Assembly (NCBI GenBank): GCA_002633005.1
Contig: NMRA01000859.1
Coordinates: 32,424-96,423, forward strand
Direction of reading: 5' to 3'
DNA from: Phoronis australis
Lineage: Eukaryota; Animalia; Phoronida
DNA: 64,000 bases
Positions 1-13,918 of this stretch are shown here, in pieces. The notes under the pieces are model-generated. The model worked only from the letters and a program-made list of their open reading frames with translations, did not search any database and had not been told where the DNA came from. How positions within the stretch are numbered: the stretch's first letter is position 1; every line of letters begins with the position of its first letter. The position numbers and the translations under genes are program-made.

Positions 1-3000
1 TTCTTCGCTGTGATGTTATTTAAAGACAACAAAGAAAATGATTTCCAATGAAAGTTTATCAAGAAGACATGTAATAAGCTTCAATAGAATTGAAATGTCA
101 AGCCTCAGTTTTGTTAATTTATAAAAAGTTACTACACGACCACGGATACTTCTGCTGTCTGATGTGCAAAATGTGGTACTTCAACTTCCTTTTTAGGAAG
201 ATGTTGATGAGCAAACCGCAGAATATCACGTTTCATTCCTGCCGCCGGGACGTGTCACTATATGTGTTCTGATGAATCTCACGTTGCAAACATAAACCCT
301 GACAGAAAGCGTACATCAAAAGGTACTAAACCTAATCATAAGACCAAATTTCTCTCCTCAGAGCACATGAACTTGATGTCAACCTAGGGATTGGCCTATA
401 GTTGTATAATCGATGCCATAGATGAAACAGCTCCTGGGAACTTTTATGTCTGCAAATGGGATCGACTATTATTATATCGAGGTCTCGCCTTGTCTCGTGC
501 ATGTTATTTGTCCCTTCCAGGAAACTGCTTCGTGTTTTTTTTTCATAAGGGAAAGTGGATGTCTAATTATTTTATTTCCTCTAGATATTATCATGATTGC
601 CGAGTTTGTGCTACGTGGAATTTCAATTAGTAGTTCACAGGCTGTAGACTTGGAAAATGTAAGTTTTACTTTCTGGCCGCTTTAGTCCTTACCGTGAAGT
701 AACAGGACCACGTATATGAACCGGACTTTAACACAAACAAAGAGTTAACTGGTGTCAGCCCTGTTAAATTGGCAGGAAACGAAAATCGACGTAGACTATT
801 AAAAATTAGACTCATAAAAGACATTCTATACCGTGATATGACTTTAAGAACGAGCCTATGAGTGTAAAACCCTGATCAGATTTTAGTTTTTTTGCCAGGT
901 AATTAGGGTAATATGCATTTTAAGCTACATTTAATGAACAGCCATACTATATTACTTAGATAAACTCGTTCTGTCTCTCAAAAAGGTTACTTTGTCAAGC
1001 ACTCGTTTGCATTGAACCAAACAACGTCTACACTCGCTATTTGTGACCGTGACCGGGTACGTATGCATCACTGGAAATTCAAAAACATTTTTAGCTCATG
1101 CTGTCTGGGCTAGGGGTCAACGTAAATACAGCGTTAACACGCGGCAGATATTAAGTACGTTGCCTTATCATTAGGTTCAGGTACACTCTATTTCACAGTA
1201 ATACGAAAGGTCAGTAGCACTTCTCATGTCATCGCTTAAAGATAATGAAACCAGTGTCATAACATTCAGTCATTCCCATTGATTGAAGTCTAGGAATCGA
1301 TCTCAGTTACTCTTACGAAGTATTACGACCACCGGCTTCGATTTGAAGAGTTGCAATTTATGTTCGAAGTACGTCTCGAAAATGATAGGTGCATCGCAAG
1401 CTCCGTTTCCAGAGATAAAAAGGAGACCATTATGTAGGCGATGTAAAGAACATTAATTATGATTGATAACGTACGGTACAGAAACATGAGTGTAAAATAA
1501 TAAATAAACATAAAATAATAATCCCCGGAAAGATGAACAGTAAAAGCCTAGCCGGTACTCAGGTAAGAGGAAACACCGGAAAAAGGGGTGGTAGTGGATG
1601 GAAAAAATGAAGGGAGATTATGCTCAAACGTAACTACTGTTAAAGGGAAGGAACGACAGGAAACATATGATTTCGGAGAACAAAGATTAACCCTAAGACA
1701 ACAGTGATAACCATGAGCCTATATGAGCCAGGAGGCACATGAGCACAGAATGCGTTTGCAAGTGATGGCGATGTGATCGATAAAGTTCCAATCAAGCATG
1801 CGCATTGATGCCCACACACGGAATTACGTGTGTCCAGGCACTCAATTCCACAGTTGTTCCCTACACTCCTGATCACTAACCTCCCGAAAGCACGATTCAA
1901 AACCATAAGTACTCAGTTAGTAAAATTACGACAGGATTTCGTTTACAGAATATGCTCATTGTTCCGTTTTCACCGATTTTTGCTTGTAAGGGGTGTTCTT
2001 TTTAGTGATTAAACCACTCTGAAAAGCTATATGCCTACATGGTGGACACTAGCACATGAAAGAACTGAGAATCCCATACCAAAAAAGCCCTCCTGCAAAC
2101 ACTTGCCGCAAGCTTGCCGCAAAGCTGCGGCAAGCTTGCTGCAAAAAGTTTCTGCAACATAGCCGCAAACATTGACGCAAGCTTGCGGCATGCTTGCCGC
2201 AAACATGCAGCAAACTTTTACCATGCAAATGAAGTTTGCCGCAAGCTTGCAGCAAACATCTCTATGTCCTTATATGGAACAGTTCCTGCAACCCAGCCGC
2301 ACACATTGCCGCAAGCTTGCCGCAAACATCTTCATGGGGTTATATAGAAGTTTCTGCGAACCACCAGAAAAAATATTGCTTCAAGCCTACAACATACTTG
2401 GCATAAATAACTTAATGCAAAAATGCCAGCTGACAAATACATAATTTTAATGCATGCCTGCTTGTTAAAGCAAGAAAATACACAATCAGCTGCACACTGG
2501 ATTTAACATGATAATTTTCAATCTGATGTATAATGACTAGAAATGAAGACAAAATCACATGACAATGAATAACAGAAACTATAAAAGGGTCTACAGTGGC
2601 AATTAGTAATAATACTTGTATTACAATCAAAATTGTTCTTGAGAGAACAACTTGAATGTATGCCAAGCTTTAATTACAATATACAGAGATGTTTTATTCT
2701 TAACGCACGACAAAATCTATAATAATTGCACCAACGATATTATTTACTTGACTAAACTAACAACAGCAACACAGAGCGTTGAAATGCACCCAACTGAGTT
2801 TTTATTAGCATTGAAAATGGCGCAAAATATGTCGAATGCCAGTGGAGAATCCATGAAACCTGACTTTCCCCGTGGAAAGGCATGCTTAGAACTGCATGTC
2901 GAGCATATTTAAGCATTTTATTTTAAATTACCTCATTACTTGTCAAGTGAAAAAATCATTCTTAACAATTATAAACATATTTATTTTTCCCATGTTCATC

Positions 3001-5590
3001 TAAAATACTTGAGAACTGTAGAATACTTCAACGATAACTATTTTTGCTTCCCAATATTGTTTCATGATACATCAATCTACTGAATGGGCTATCATTGAAC
3101 TTGTAGGCATATTATGAAATTTGCAATATTTCGATTATAGCGATATCATCCAATAACATCATTCATTTATCTAAGGCATCAACCATAAATTATACCTTTC
3201 TATTCTACAATATTACCATGGTGTTGAAAAGAACAACTATAGAGGTTATACCAAGTTATTACCATACTAGTGGACGTTCTTAACACAGTCTACTCCAGAC
3301 TAATCTGCATTACAGCAATCGGAGGTGTTCCATAGGGTTGATATGGGATGATCGCTAGTGTTTTCATCCATGCTTGTTCGAATCAACCTTGAGATGCTGT
3401 GTACGCCATTTGTTCCGGTGTTTTCAACTCAAACTTGTTGCCTCGTAACCTCTGCAGTGTCTCTGGCTTTCATCAAGTACATTATGTCACTCAATATTCA
3501 CAAACCTAAAATATGAATGTCATTTCACTTTCCACAAAAATAGCATTATTAGTCTCTCAATTACGTTTTAAGTCGAACTTTTGCTCTTCTGATCATGTAT
3601 GAACAGACAGTTAAACTTGTGTTCAATAGTTTGACTGCAGACTGAGAATGCGTATGACTGAAAGTGATGACAGTAAAAACACCTACCAGTAGTTACAATA
3701 TGCTAATCTTATTTTGTGCCCAATAGTTACCATGCATTTAACCAAAATAAAAATTTGTTGTTCCTGTTGTGAATCTAACAGTCAGAGAGCGATGTGAAAA
3801 TTGACACAAACCTAAGTTTTACTGTCTCAATTAAGTGATTATTTTGAAGGACTGGTTACATGTTACTTGACAATGTTTTGGAAACTAGTTGATTCTGGTC
3901 TCAACTCCAGTTAACTCATTTGAAATCTGTGCTGTACTTTTCCCTAACCATTATAACCTCCAATTTGGCTGAATCAGTAAGAATAATCAACTTCCTTTTG
4001 TTTGTAAGACCAAAACTACTAATTCATGAATGAAGTTTAAGTAATTTTACTTAACAATCACATCAATATAAATACAATTTTAAATTCAAAACTCACTTCA
4101 ATTATCCATGTAGTATCTAGGCTGTACCAAAACCGTTTGAATTTGGTTCAAATGAAAGTTTATAGGTCACTTCCCAGGCATGTAACCTTGACAACCACAT
4201 GCTTTCCTTGATAACAGTCCCACCAGATCAACATGTGGCTGGGCTAGCATAATTTAAATAAACAATCAACAGCCCTAGAGGCATTAAACATTAATGTATT
4301 TCAAGAGGCATTCCTTGAAAACTGTCCTAGCAGTTCAACATGTAGCTGGGCTAGTATGATTAAAGTGAACAATAACCCTAGAAACATAAAACAATAAAAT
4401 AAGGACACTGGTGAAATTAAATTTCCTATTTTTTCATAAATAATGTGGCAGTACCAAAAGAATCCCGAGTCATATCCAAGTCCGATAATATGTTGAAAAA
4501 TTGTGAGTCTTCACAACAATGCTAAATGTCCTTGAAAAATCAAAATGAGTAATTTTTGGCAATTATTTTTGTCCGAAATAGACAAAATTTTACTGTAGCT
4601 GCAGACTGGCAGCTACCACCTGATTATGAGATAATTTCAAATGTTGGAAAAGTACAAATTGCTCTAAATGCTAATACTTGCACATTTGGTAAAACTGGAT
4701 CATATATTTGTGTATGGTTTGTATGAATATTTATTGTGCTTGTTTACACAACATGCAGGTAACACTGCCTTTGTTGTTTTAAAGCAATTGCATTTAATAT
4801 TTTGCTGTACTGACTTTGACAGCAGTATGAAAACTTGTTAAGTATAGTGACTGAATAAAAAACAAAGAACANAAATCGGCACTCGAAACCATCCGTTCAT
4901 ACCTGAAAGTGAAATTATTCTCAAGGACACCACTGTTACCAAATCCCTCACTACAAGCAAAGCACTAAAATCTTAAGACAATAGCATTGTGTTTACCATA
5001 AACTTACATGAAGTACAAATGATGTGGCTAATTACATTTGAGAACAATAGAACATGGGTTTGGAAACAGCAAAAGGCCATACGAATGTTATGAGAAGATG
5101 GGAAAAACTTATTGTGCCAAACTATTTCACACTTTCATCTCAAAATTTTATCATTTTGACTTTGCACAACAGAAGCAATGCACCAATTAACTCAGATCTT
5201 TTAGGAAACTTTATTGTTACATTTCGCCTACTACAATCCTAAACTTACGACTCCATTTCAAAAATCAGTCACAGCAACTGATCGTTTATGTTTTAACATT
5301 CCAAAAAATCTTCAGTGAAAATAAATATCCTCTCCGCTAAAGACGATGGATACCCGTGGTCACTCATTTGCTAAACTTTCATTGTTACACGAACAAAACT
5401 GTACTAACTTTGCAATGGCTGAAGTTGCTTCTACAGACACTACATGTATGTCTAGCGTGAATAACCACATACAAATTGCACCATTATATAGATATACCAC
5501 TCATTTTTGCACACTTACTCGCACGCACACTCATACACGAGCACTCCTACAAGCACACGCACACGCAAACATATGCAAATGTAGTTAAGT
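1..5590 (-). repeat. Diverged duplicate of SDR intron 1 and upstream region (tandem paralog or unmerged haplotype)
   Basis: Colinear blocks: 1-450 ~ 14486-14930; 1075-1140 ~ 15380-15450; 1885-2075 ~ 15460-15815; 4873-5590 ~ 16448-17245. Each copy carries different insertions. Confidence 0.85.
2072..2340. repeat. MITE-like insert made of palindromic GCAAGCTTGC/GCCGCAAG units
   Basis: Many (gcc)gcaagcttgc units in both orientations, bounded by cccat...atggg. It starts where homology with the second SDR copy breaks off. Confidence 0.6.
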
Positions 5591-5849
5591 AGCGACCCCT
5601 ACTGTGAAACAGCTTTCTGAGTTGAAGCATTGAATATATATCGTGACCAGATGGAAACGAAGAAATATATTTAAAGTGTCCTTTTACGATCATAAATGCA
5701 TCGTTTGATCACCGCATGACAACAGTAACGTTGTTCAAATGTTGTTCCCTGATGTCTGGACCGGCATTTATTCCTCACATACAAAAGCAGTCAACTGAAT
5801 ACAAATCTTGAATAGTCCATCACTCACCCGTAGAATGAACACTAGACCA

Positions 5850-5990
5850 GCCTCCCGTTCTGTAACGCTAGGACCTCGCTAAAAAGCAAGACTTCGCGAG
5901 ATTACGTGAGATATTGCCGTGCATTTTAAATTAGAACACGTGACTTTGACTAGGTTTTAGCTCGGTCCTAGCGTCCACTGAACGCACGCC
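5850..5990 (-). mobile_element. MITE family A copy (TIR ~ gttcagtaacgctaggacc)
   Basis: Reverse complement of 55690-55842, with terminal inverted repeats. Related copies at 9616-9750 and, partially, 24226-24350. Confidence 0.75.
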
Positions 5991-8900
5991 AGTGCTCGCT
6001 TTGATGACATGCAGCCCGAAGTTCGTTTCAAAATTTTTCATGACTTCTAAACTATAAATTAATGAGTTTTTCCTATGTTCAATACCATTGGTTCACAAGT
6101 GTTCTATTTACTTCGTGAAATCAGTGCGTTTGCCAACATAGGCGGATTTAGGGGGCAGGGAAGGAGGACCTCCCCCCCCTTGGTTACTGCAAAAAAAATA
6201 ATACGGCAGAAGGGTGAGGAAATATTGAGCTCATTACCTGTAATTGCGATGCAGCTCCCGTTGTTTTTCGGTGAAAGGTCCACTCTCTCAGAAATTCGAG
6301 CCCCTATTAGGCTGGATGCCCCGGCGAGACATAATGTTGGCCGCACTTTATGATATCCCAGATCCGCCACTGGCCATCCTCACCAGTCAACAAATATCAA
6401 ACACGCGTTCAGATTACAACAGAGAAGAAACAGAAGACGGAATTGTTCGGCAAATGCCGGGCAAATTTGAACCACGAAACGCGCGTCCAGTGTTTTCAAT
6501 CGTCTGCCTGCGTTCCATACACCGCAATACTCAACGAATGTTTGAATAGTTACAAGAAAAATGTCAGAGATAAGAGTAATTTTATATAACGATGACAGCG
6601 GCACGACGTATAGGTCGTTGACCTCCGACCTCAGTTTTGATCTGGCTACCTACCTGGGTTACCCAGTCGCATTTGGCGAAATCAAATTTCATTTGGCGAC
6701 CTGAGATTATTACTTAGGCGCATTTAACCAGTTGGCATACAGCTAAGAATTAAGCATTGCATGTAGATGGACATTGGACAGTGGCGGATTTACAGGGGAC
6801 CAAGAGGCCATCACGCAAGACTCCGTCAGATATCGCCATTTATTACATGCGAAGCATAGGATGAATAAGCTTCCATAGCGAAATTCTTGCGTTTATGGAT
6901 CTCAATTCTGAACTGAGAGTCAAGCTAACACAGGTGTGATCACGTGCTTTGCTTGTAACACATGGAGATTTCTCGTGAAATCCTGCATTTTAACGAGTTT
7001 CTGTCGTGTACGGAACATAAAATCCTGTTAAGCTTATTTCCTGCTTTTGATCGCTTCGAGCTTCGGGTAACCCTAACAAATGTGCTCTCACCTACCTCGA
7101 ACGATTCACCTTCGCGGATATCTTAAGGATGACTTTTAGCGACCGCTGGCGCTGGATTGGCCAGGTTACTGCGAAAATCTATTCATGTGACTGGGTACAA
7201 AATGGAAACAACTTACTTACCGTTTCTGCAATACGGAAGCATTTTATTAGATTTCGCAGTTTAACCCAGAAACTGAAAGTGTAGTGTGAATAGGAAGTAC
7301 ATGCAAAAGTTGTTGTTATTGTTTGTTCATATAAAAACATTTAGCTAGCGTCTTAAATTCTTTCAAACACTTTTGAAGATGATAGTAATATTTCGTACAA
7401 GCTGATCCAGGCAATCGTGATACACATAGCGTATCAGAATGTCTAATAATGAACGGAGACGGATGCATAACCCTGTCTCTTTATTCATCGAAAAGAGCAA
7501 TATTTAATCAAAACTGATGCCGGTTCCTTCAGGTCCCATCGCGGTGTAGCCCAAATCCACTAGGATGTTAGCAGCATTGATGTACATGGCATCTTTGCTA
7601 CATATAAAAGCGACGACAGAGGCTATCCCAGAGCTTGGTATGACCTTGTTGCCCATTTGAGAATATCCTCGTTTCTTTATGAATTCGTCTTCAGTTTTGT
7701 AGAGATCCAGAGGCTGGAAATAAAAATGTATCTTAAACGTTCCAGGAGCTGATTAAACCTACTTGTGCTGATGATTAAAGAATAAAGTAGAGAGCCATTC
7801 GTTGACACCGTCGTTTTGCACCATACAGTCATGTTGAAACATGGTTTCTTACAAAAAATAACTACGAAAACAGCGTGCTGTCCAGTAGTAACGAACCCAC
7901 AAAATTTGTATATAATTTGCCTAAGGAACAGTTACCTACAACAATAAGTACTCTAAATCATTATTTCCAAGGAAGGCAGGCTTACAGCCGCTCAATGAAA
8001 GGAATTACACAAAAAGAGTTACTTTCTAGACTGCTCATCTTATACAACCATAAAGACCGTATCCAGAGTTTCTGTATCCGTCAAGCAACGCACCTGTACT
8101 TACAATTCCTGTCCAAGTCCATCCTGGACTAACACAGTTGACTCTCACCCCTGAAGACGATATATCCAGCACCATGCATTTACTCAGCATCACCAGACCA
8201 GCCTTGGACGTATTATATGCCGAAAATGTTGGTATGGCATCCACAGCCGCAATACTCGTGATGTTAACGATAGAACTTTCAGGCCCACCTAACACGAATG
8301 AAAGGAAATGAAAATTAAAGCTACAAAGAACTTCTTCCTTTCAAATTACTGTAGGACAGAGCAGATTTTGCGACGGTTTTCATTTTTGAGGCATCTGTTG
8401 TGTCTGCTTCCACCGAAAAATATCAAACTCGTCATGAGGACGCTCGTGCTCCACTTAACATCTCAATGAAACGGACTGGGGCAGGCTGATACGAAAGATT
8501 TTGGCTAAAGATATACGAAATTCGATACTCTCCTTTCGGTTCGTACTTAGATTGCATAACATGTAGTCACTTCCCACTCGTACGGAAGAATACATGTCCA
8601 TTATGTGTTACAGGGTTCTGACTACTTCTTCGGAGTTTGGCTCAAACATCAGTGTTATCCTAGTCAGTCGCAGGGAGAGACGTATTCCACTCATGACGTC
8701 GCACATTTTTACTGATTACGTTGGGAGTTCACAAATCTTAAAATAACACGAGGACGGAAAGCGTGTAACCAAGGTGGTGGGGTTAAAATTCATTTCAAAG
8801 TGATAAGTACATAACGAACCTGGTTATGAATGGACGGGGCAGGACAAAGGCAAAATTGCTAAGTGAAAAGTATCAATGTAAAGAGATGACGCAGCAGCAA

Positions 8901-9615
8901 ATATTTTACAAAGCGCACATTAGAACACTTTTTAAAACATTTCAGTGTATATACAGTGTGCAATGATGATCAAAAACAAAATATTAAATCTTGAGTTTGA
9001 AGATGTCTAATAATCAAATTACGCATGTAATTTTCACAATATCCAGAGCCGTTTTGCGAACCAATGTGCGGACATCATGCTTCGCTTAAGACGTTTATCC
9101 TATACGCATGGTACGTGAATGAAACGTTTACCTTTCCCTCTCATTCACGTGTCATGCGTATGAGATTTTCGACAATCTTTGAATTACTGGATGGAGCGCG
9201 TGTGCTATGTACACCTGTCCTTTCTCACCGAGTGACATTAACTTTTTCTTTCAGAAGAAAGGCTTTATATCAATGGTATTTTTATTTTTAATTTGGTACA
9301 CACTTAGGGGGAAATGACGTGCAGTGTCTGCAGTGGTTGTCTGATTGTCCGTGGAAAACAGTTAATGTTACACTTTGATGATCGAATAAAACGTTCCGTT
9401 GCTTTTGTTTGAAGCATGGTAATCTTAGGTGTGTCAAAAACGCGAACATGCGTGGAATGCATCGTTTTAGTCCGTGCTTGTGGTTTAAGCAACCGCATGC
9501 CAAAAAGGCATTTCTCAATAAATGAAGCTACATGTATACTGTGACGCATTTCTCAACATCAACCAATCAGAACGAATATATATTATTTTCCAAAGGATTG
9601 GCATGTACAGGTTAC

Positions 9616-9750
9616 AGTTCAGTAACGCTAGATAAGAACCTACGCTAGGACATCGCCAAAATCACGTGTTCACGTTTAAAATATATGGCAATGTCTCACG
9701 TAATCTCGCGAATTCTTAATTTTTAGCGAAATTCTAGCGTTACTGAACTC
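9616..9750 (+). mobile_element. MITE family A copy in SDR intron 3
   Basis: agttcagtaacgctag...ctagcgttactgaact inverted ends. The internal cacgtgttc and cgtaatctcgcgaa segments are shared with 55690-55842. Confidence 0.7.
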
Positions 9751-10329
9751 TATACCCAGATGTTACTTTTTTCTGTTAACCAATAGGAACGCGTGTTACA
9801 CGACCACTCCACAATGCTACCTCCCATAGCACTGGAAATATTGTACAGATGGCCTCACCAGCCGGTGCACTGAACTTTTTATAGCAAACGTCAACCAGAC
9901 TTACCACACATTCCAAATATCTTACTCTTCATGATGCAAGACCGATGAAATAAATAAAAGCACTCACCCTTCTTCAGATAGGGAATACAATCCTGCGCGA
10001 GAGACGCACAAGCCACGACATTAACGGACAGTGTCTTCTCCAAAAGTTCTTGTGACAAGCTTGTGAACTCCACTGTGACAAGATGACGAAAAAAAATGTT
10101 TTGAACAGCACATTACACACATACCTAGCCACGAACCAAATCTGTTCAGTGAGAATTTGTCCATTTTAAACTTAATTTTGAACATATATGCATTCTTTTG
10201 GATTAAGTACTGGCGCAAAATAATACAAACACCTGTGGGTACATGTAGGTGCAGGTAAGTGCTCTTTATAAACTCTTTAAATGCAGGACGCATTTGTCTA
10301 TCAGTAGCATGTCATTCTAAGGGCCCATG

Positions 10330-11150
10330 TCTTACAAGTGGACGCATTATGCTGTCATCCCCGTCCGTACGTCAACGCGTGCATGCATTATGCAATCAAC
10401 CCCGTCCGGCGTCTGGTGCTCTATCTCCAAAACCCTTTGATGTATGTTCACAAAATTTTGCACATATGTTTTTGTCATATAGAAGTAAATGGGACGGCAT
10501 GAGCAAACTTTCGGACGGATCCGACTACCGATGTGCCGCCCACTGGCAATTTTATTTTTTATGTTTTCATCTCTATCTTCAAAGGTCCTCGACGGATTTT
10601 CATAAAATTTGGCATATACATATACATACGCATCTATTAGTGAGATAACGCTATCTTCTCGTTTTCGGATGGATGCGAGGTATACTGCGCCTCCTAGTGG
10701 CCATTCTAACAGTGTTCGAGTCTGTTTTTTGTGAAAATTGACTATGTTCTTGCTATGAAGAGGACGGCTGACGATGATTTTCTGACGATTTCGATCACTG
10801 TGGAGCTTCCTGGTGGCAGTTTTATTTTGCCCATAGCTGTATATCCTAAACCCACCATCTTTGTAAAATCTAGCACTAAAGTGCATTTATATGAAGTTTC
10901 TAACGGACGACGACGACTTTCAGACGGATCCGACGAACGCTGTGTACCCTAATGTCAATTTCATTTTTTGCATTTTTTTGTTTCTCTGAAGCTCCTTGAC
11001 AGCGTTTTATGAAATTTGGCGAAACGCTTTGTATTACAGAAGTGACGGCATATTCTCGTTTTCGGATGTTTGCGACGCATTTTGCGCCATCTAGTGGCCA
11101 TTTTTATAACGCAAATAAACACCCCTGGAAGCACAACTTTTGTGACTCAT
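10330..11150 (+). mobile_element. DINE-1/Helentron-associated-like non-autonomous repeat with an internally duplicated ~400-bp unit
   Basis: CCGT-type microsatellite near the 5' end. Two internal copies (gacggatccgac...aaatttggc...ttctcgttttcggatg...gcgccNNctagtggcca). Family assignment is from architecture only. Confidence 0.5.
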
Positions 11151-12404
11151 TCGTGGTCGCATTTCAACGCTCCGCGTTGTTTTAAATGGCCATAAACTTT
11201 CCAAGCTGAAAACTGATTTGATTAAATTGGAACCTTAGCGCTTGTTCCTTATCTCTGTGATTTGTTGGTCAAATTAGTTAGAAACAGAGCATATAGCGAC
11301 AATGTGAATATGATGTAGGTTGCAAATTGCCAGATGTGTTTAAGAACGAGGCTAACGCCCCTCGGGCGATAATTCTTCAAAATCCACTCGGGCTCTAGAT
11401 AACGGGGTATAACGACTTCGCCATGTAATAATCTATATTTATGCACTGTGCTCCAAACAACTATTAGGAATTATTTTTAAAACGTACCTCTTTTTCATGG
11501 GAACTAATAAAATCAATGACGTTCATAAATTTTATGAAAAGTTGCATAAAACAAAAACAAACTCATACTTTAGAAAAATATAACAGAGTTTTGAAGACAT
11601 TTTCTTGAACATTTTGATAAATCAGTTAATGGTATTAAAGCCGTTTTTGTGGTGTGAACAGTCACGAACGTACCCCCTTTTGGCAATTTCACTAAAGACA
11701 TAGTCATGTGACCCAAAAATGGTACATTGACATAAACTCAAAAATCAAGTGCTACAAACTTTCTAGCTTCAGAAAATGTTAACTTTTTCTGAGTCAATAT
11801 CTTCAGTTTTCTAATTATTTGGTTGAATACAGATTTGTAGGCCTCTAAGTACCACTGAGTACCATCCTGTTTTCGACCGTTGAACCGCTTTTTCCTATTC
11901 GTCTTATAATAAGATTCGGAAGATTACTTTACTTCTGATAGTCGCATAGTTGCCTGAAGTGTTTCGAACCGGTTTTATGTAACCTTCTTAGATTGTGTTG
12001 AAAAAATTGTGCACAGCGTTTGTTAAATATTTGCGGAATAGGAACTGAATTTGCTGTGTAAATCATTCTCAATTGCGTCTTGCGAATATTATGTAGAGGA
12101 CGTGTGAACATGATGTTAATGTCGCAGTCATAGACATGATGATGTCCATGGTCGCAGCAGTATCGCGAGACATTGGCAAGGGAATTTCGAGCTACTTGGG
12201 TTCCAAAGTTGGCTAGCTCCGTGTAATTCCTGGAGTCATTGTGACTAATTTGCGTATTTTCTCACAAATAGGTGTCTGCAGCAAACCGCATCCCCACCTT
12301 ACGGCAAAAAGTGAATGTATTCACGCGACATTTGTTTGACTTTTAATACATTCTCAACGATACGTATCTATCCTGTTTTTTAAAAGATTGTAAACATTTC
12401 TTCT

Positions 12405-13918
12405 GTCGCTTTTACTTCCTTCCTAAAATCCACAAAGAAGGTAATCCTGGACGCCCAATTATAGCCAGAAACAAATGCCCTACTAAAAATAATTCTCAGT
12501 TTGCCGTGTACCATCTTCAGCTATTTGTCCACACCCTTCCTTCATATGTTAAAGATACGAATCATTTTCTTAATATAATTAAAAACATGAGTGATTTACC
12601 TAAACATGCCCTTCTAGTAACTCTTGATGTTAAAAGCTTATACACTAATATTCCTCAACATGAAGGCATAGAAGCCTGTACCAAGTTTCTTAGTCAACGT
12701 AATAATCCTAATGTACCTACATGTTTTATTCGCTCTCTTCTTGAACGTGTACTTACCATGAACCATTTTACCTTTAATAATAATCACTATCTCCAAATAT
12801 TAGGCACAGCTATGGGAAATCTTGAAAACAAATTCATCAAATCCTGCTCTGAAAAACCTCTTCTCTGGCTAATGTACATTGATGACATTTTTATGATCTG
12901 GACCCATGGCCCACAAAAATTACATGTGTTCTCAGAAAATATTAACAAATTTCACCCTACTATAAAGTTCACTCATGACATTTCTCAAAATAAAGTCTCA
13001 TTTTTAGATGTAACTGTCACCCTTAATAATGGTAAACTAGAAACTGACTTATTCTGTAAAGAAACTGACAAACACCAATATCTGTCATATCATTCGTTTC
13101 ATCCCTTTCATTGCAAGAAAAGCCTTCCATATAGCCTTGCCCAAACAATTCGACGCATTTGTTCAGAAGAAACTTCCTTCAATAAGCATTTAAAAGAACT
13201 CAAGCACTATTTAGTTCAACGTCATTTTTCCTTGCATCTTATACACAAACAGTTTGACAAAGTCCGCTCAATCACAAGAAATGAATCTTTAAGAACTAAA
13301 ACAAAAGGCAATACTACTAATAGAATCCCATTCATAACTATGTTCAATTCATGTTTAAACGGAATTAGCCACGTCTTCACAAAACATCTCTCCACGCTGC
13401 ATATTCCCCCCCAAATGAAAAACCTATTTCCTCATCCACCTATAATTTCTTGGAGAAAAATGTAATATCGACAATATATACCAAACTGACAAACCTTTTG
13501 GCAACACACAATGTAACAAAACTAGATGTAAAATGTGTAGCTTTATCAACGATAATACTTTCTTCCAGTCTTCCCAAACCAATGAAAACTTTGAAATAAA
13601 ACATTATTCTGATTGCACCACCACCAATATTATTTACCCTATAACAGATAAAAATATTCTATCCAATACGTAGGACAAACTCAACATAATCTACTAATTC
13701 GGTTTCGTAATCATAGATTTAACATAATACATAAAAACATTTCTGATGCCATAGGTAATCATTTCAATTCCAAAAACCATAATCTTCAAGATCTTTCTGT
13801 ACAAATAATAGAAAAACTCCAATACCCCAGTACCCCTCAAAGACTCAAAAGAGAACAATTTTGGATAGACAAGCTCAATACAGTAGAACCTCAGGGATTA
13901 AACATAAAAACTTCTTAA
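12405..13918 (+). mobile_element. Decayed, 5'-truncated Penelope-like retroelement (RT + GIY-YIG), antisense in SDR intron 2
   Basis: LPKIHKEGNPGRPII, LVTLDVKSLYTNIP, GTAMG, YIDDIF, FLDV, then after frameshifts CNKTRCKMC, NIIY..YVGQT, RFRNH, HFN, REQFWIDKLNTVEPQGLN*. ORF track 12506-13465. Confidence 0.93.

Noticed and set aside
2027-2444. Overlapping ORFs on both strands
   Set aside because: Artefact of palindromic GCAAGCTTGC repeats.
10347-10886. 179-aa ORF
   Set aside because: Lies within a non-coding repeat and has no recognisable domain.
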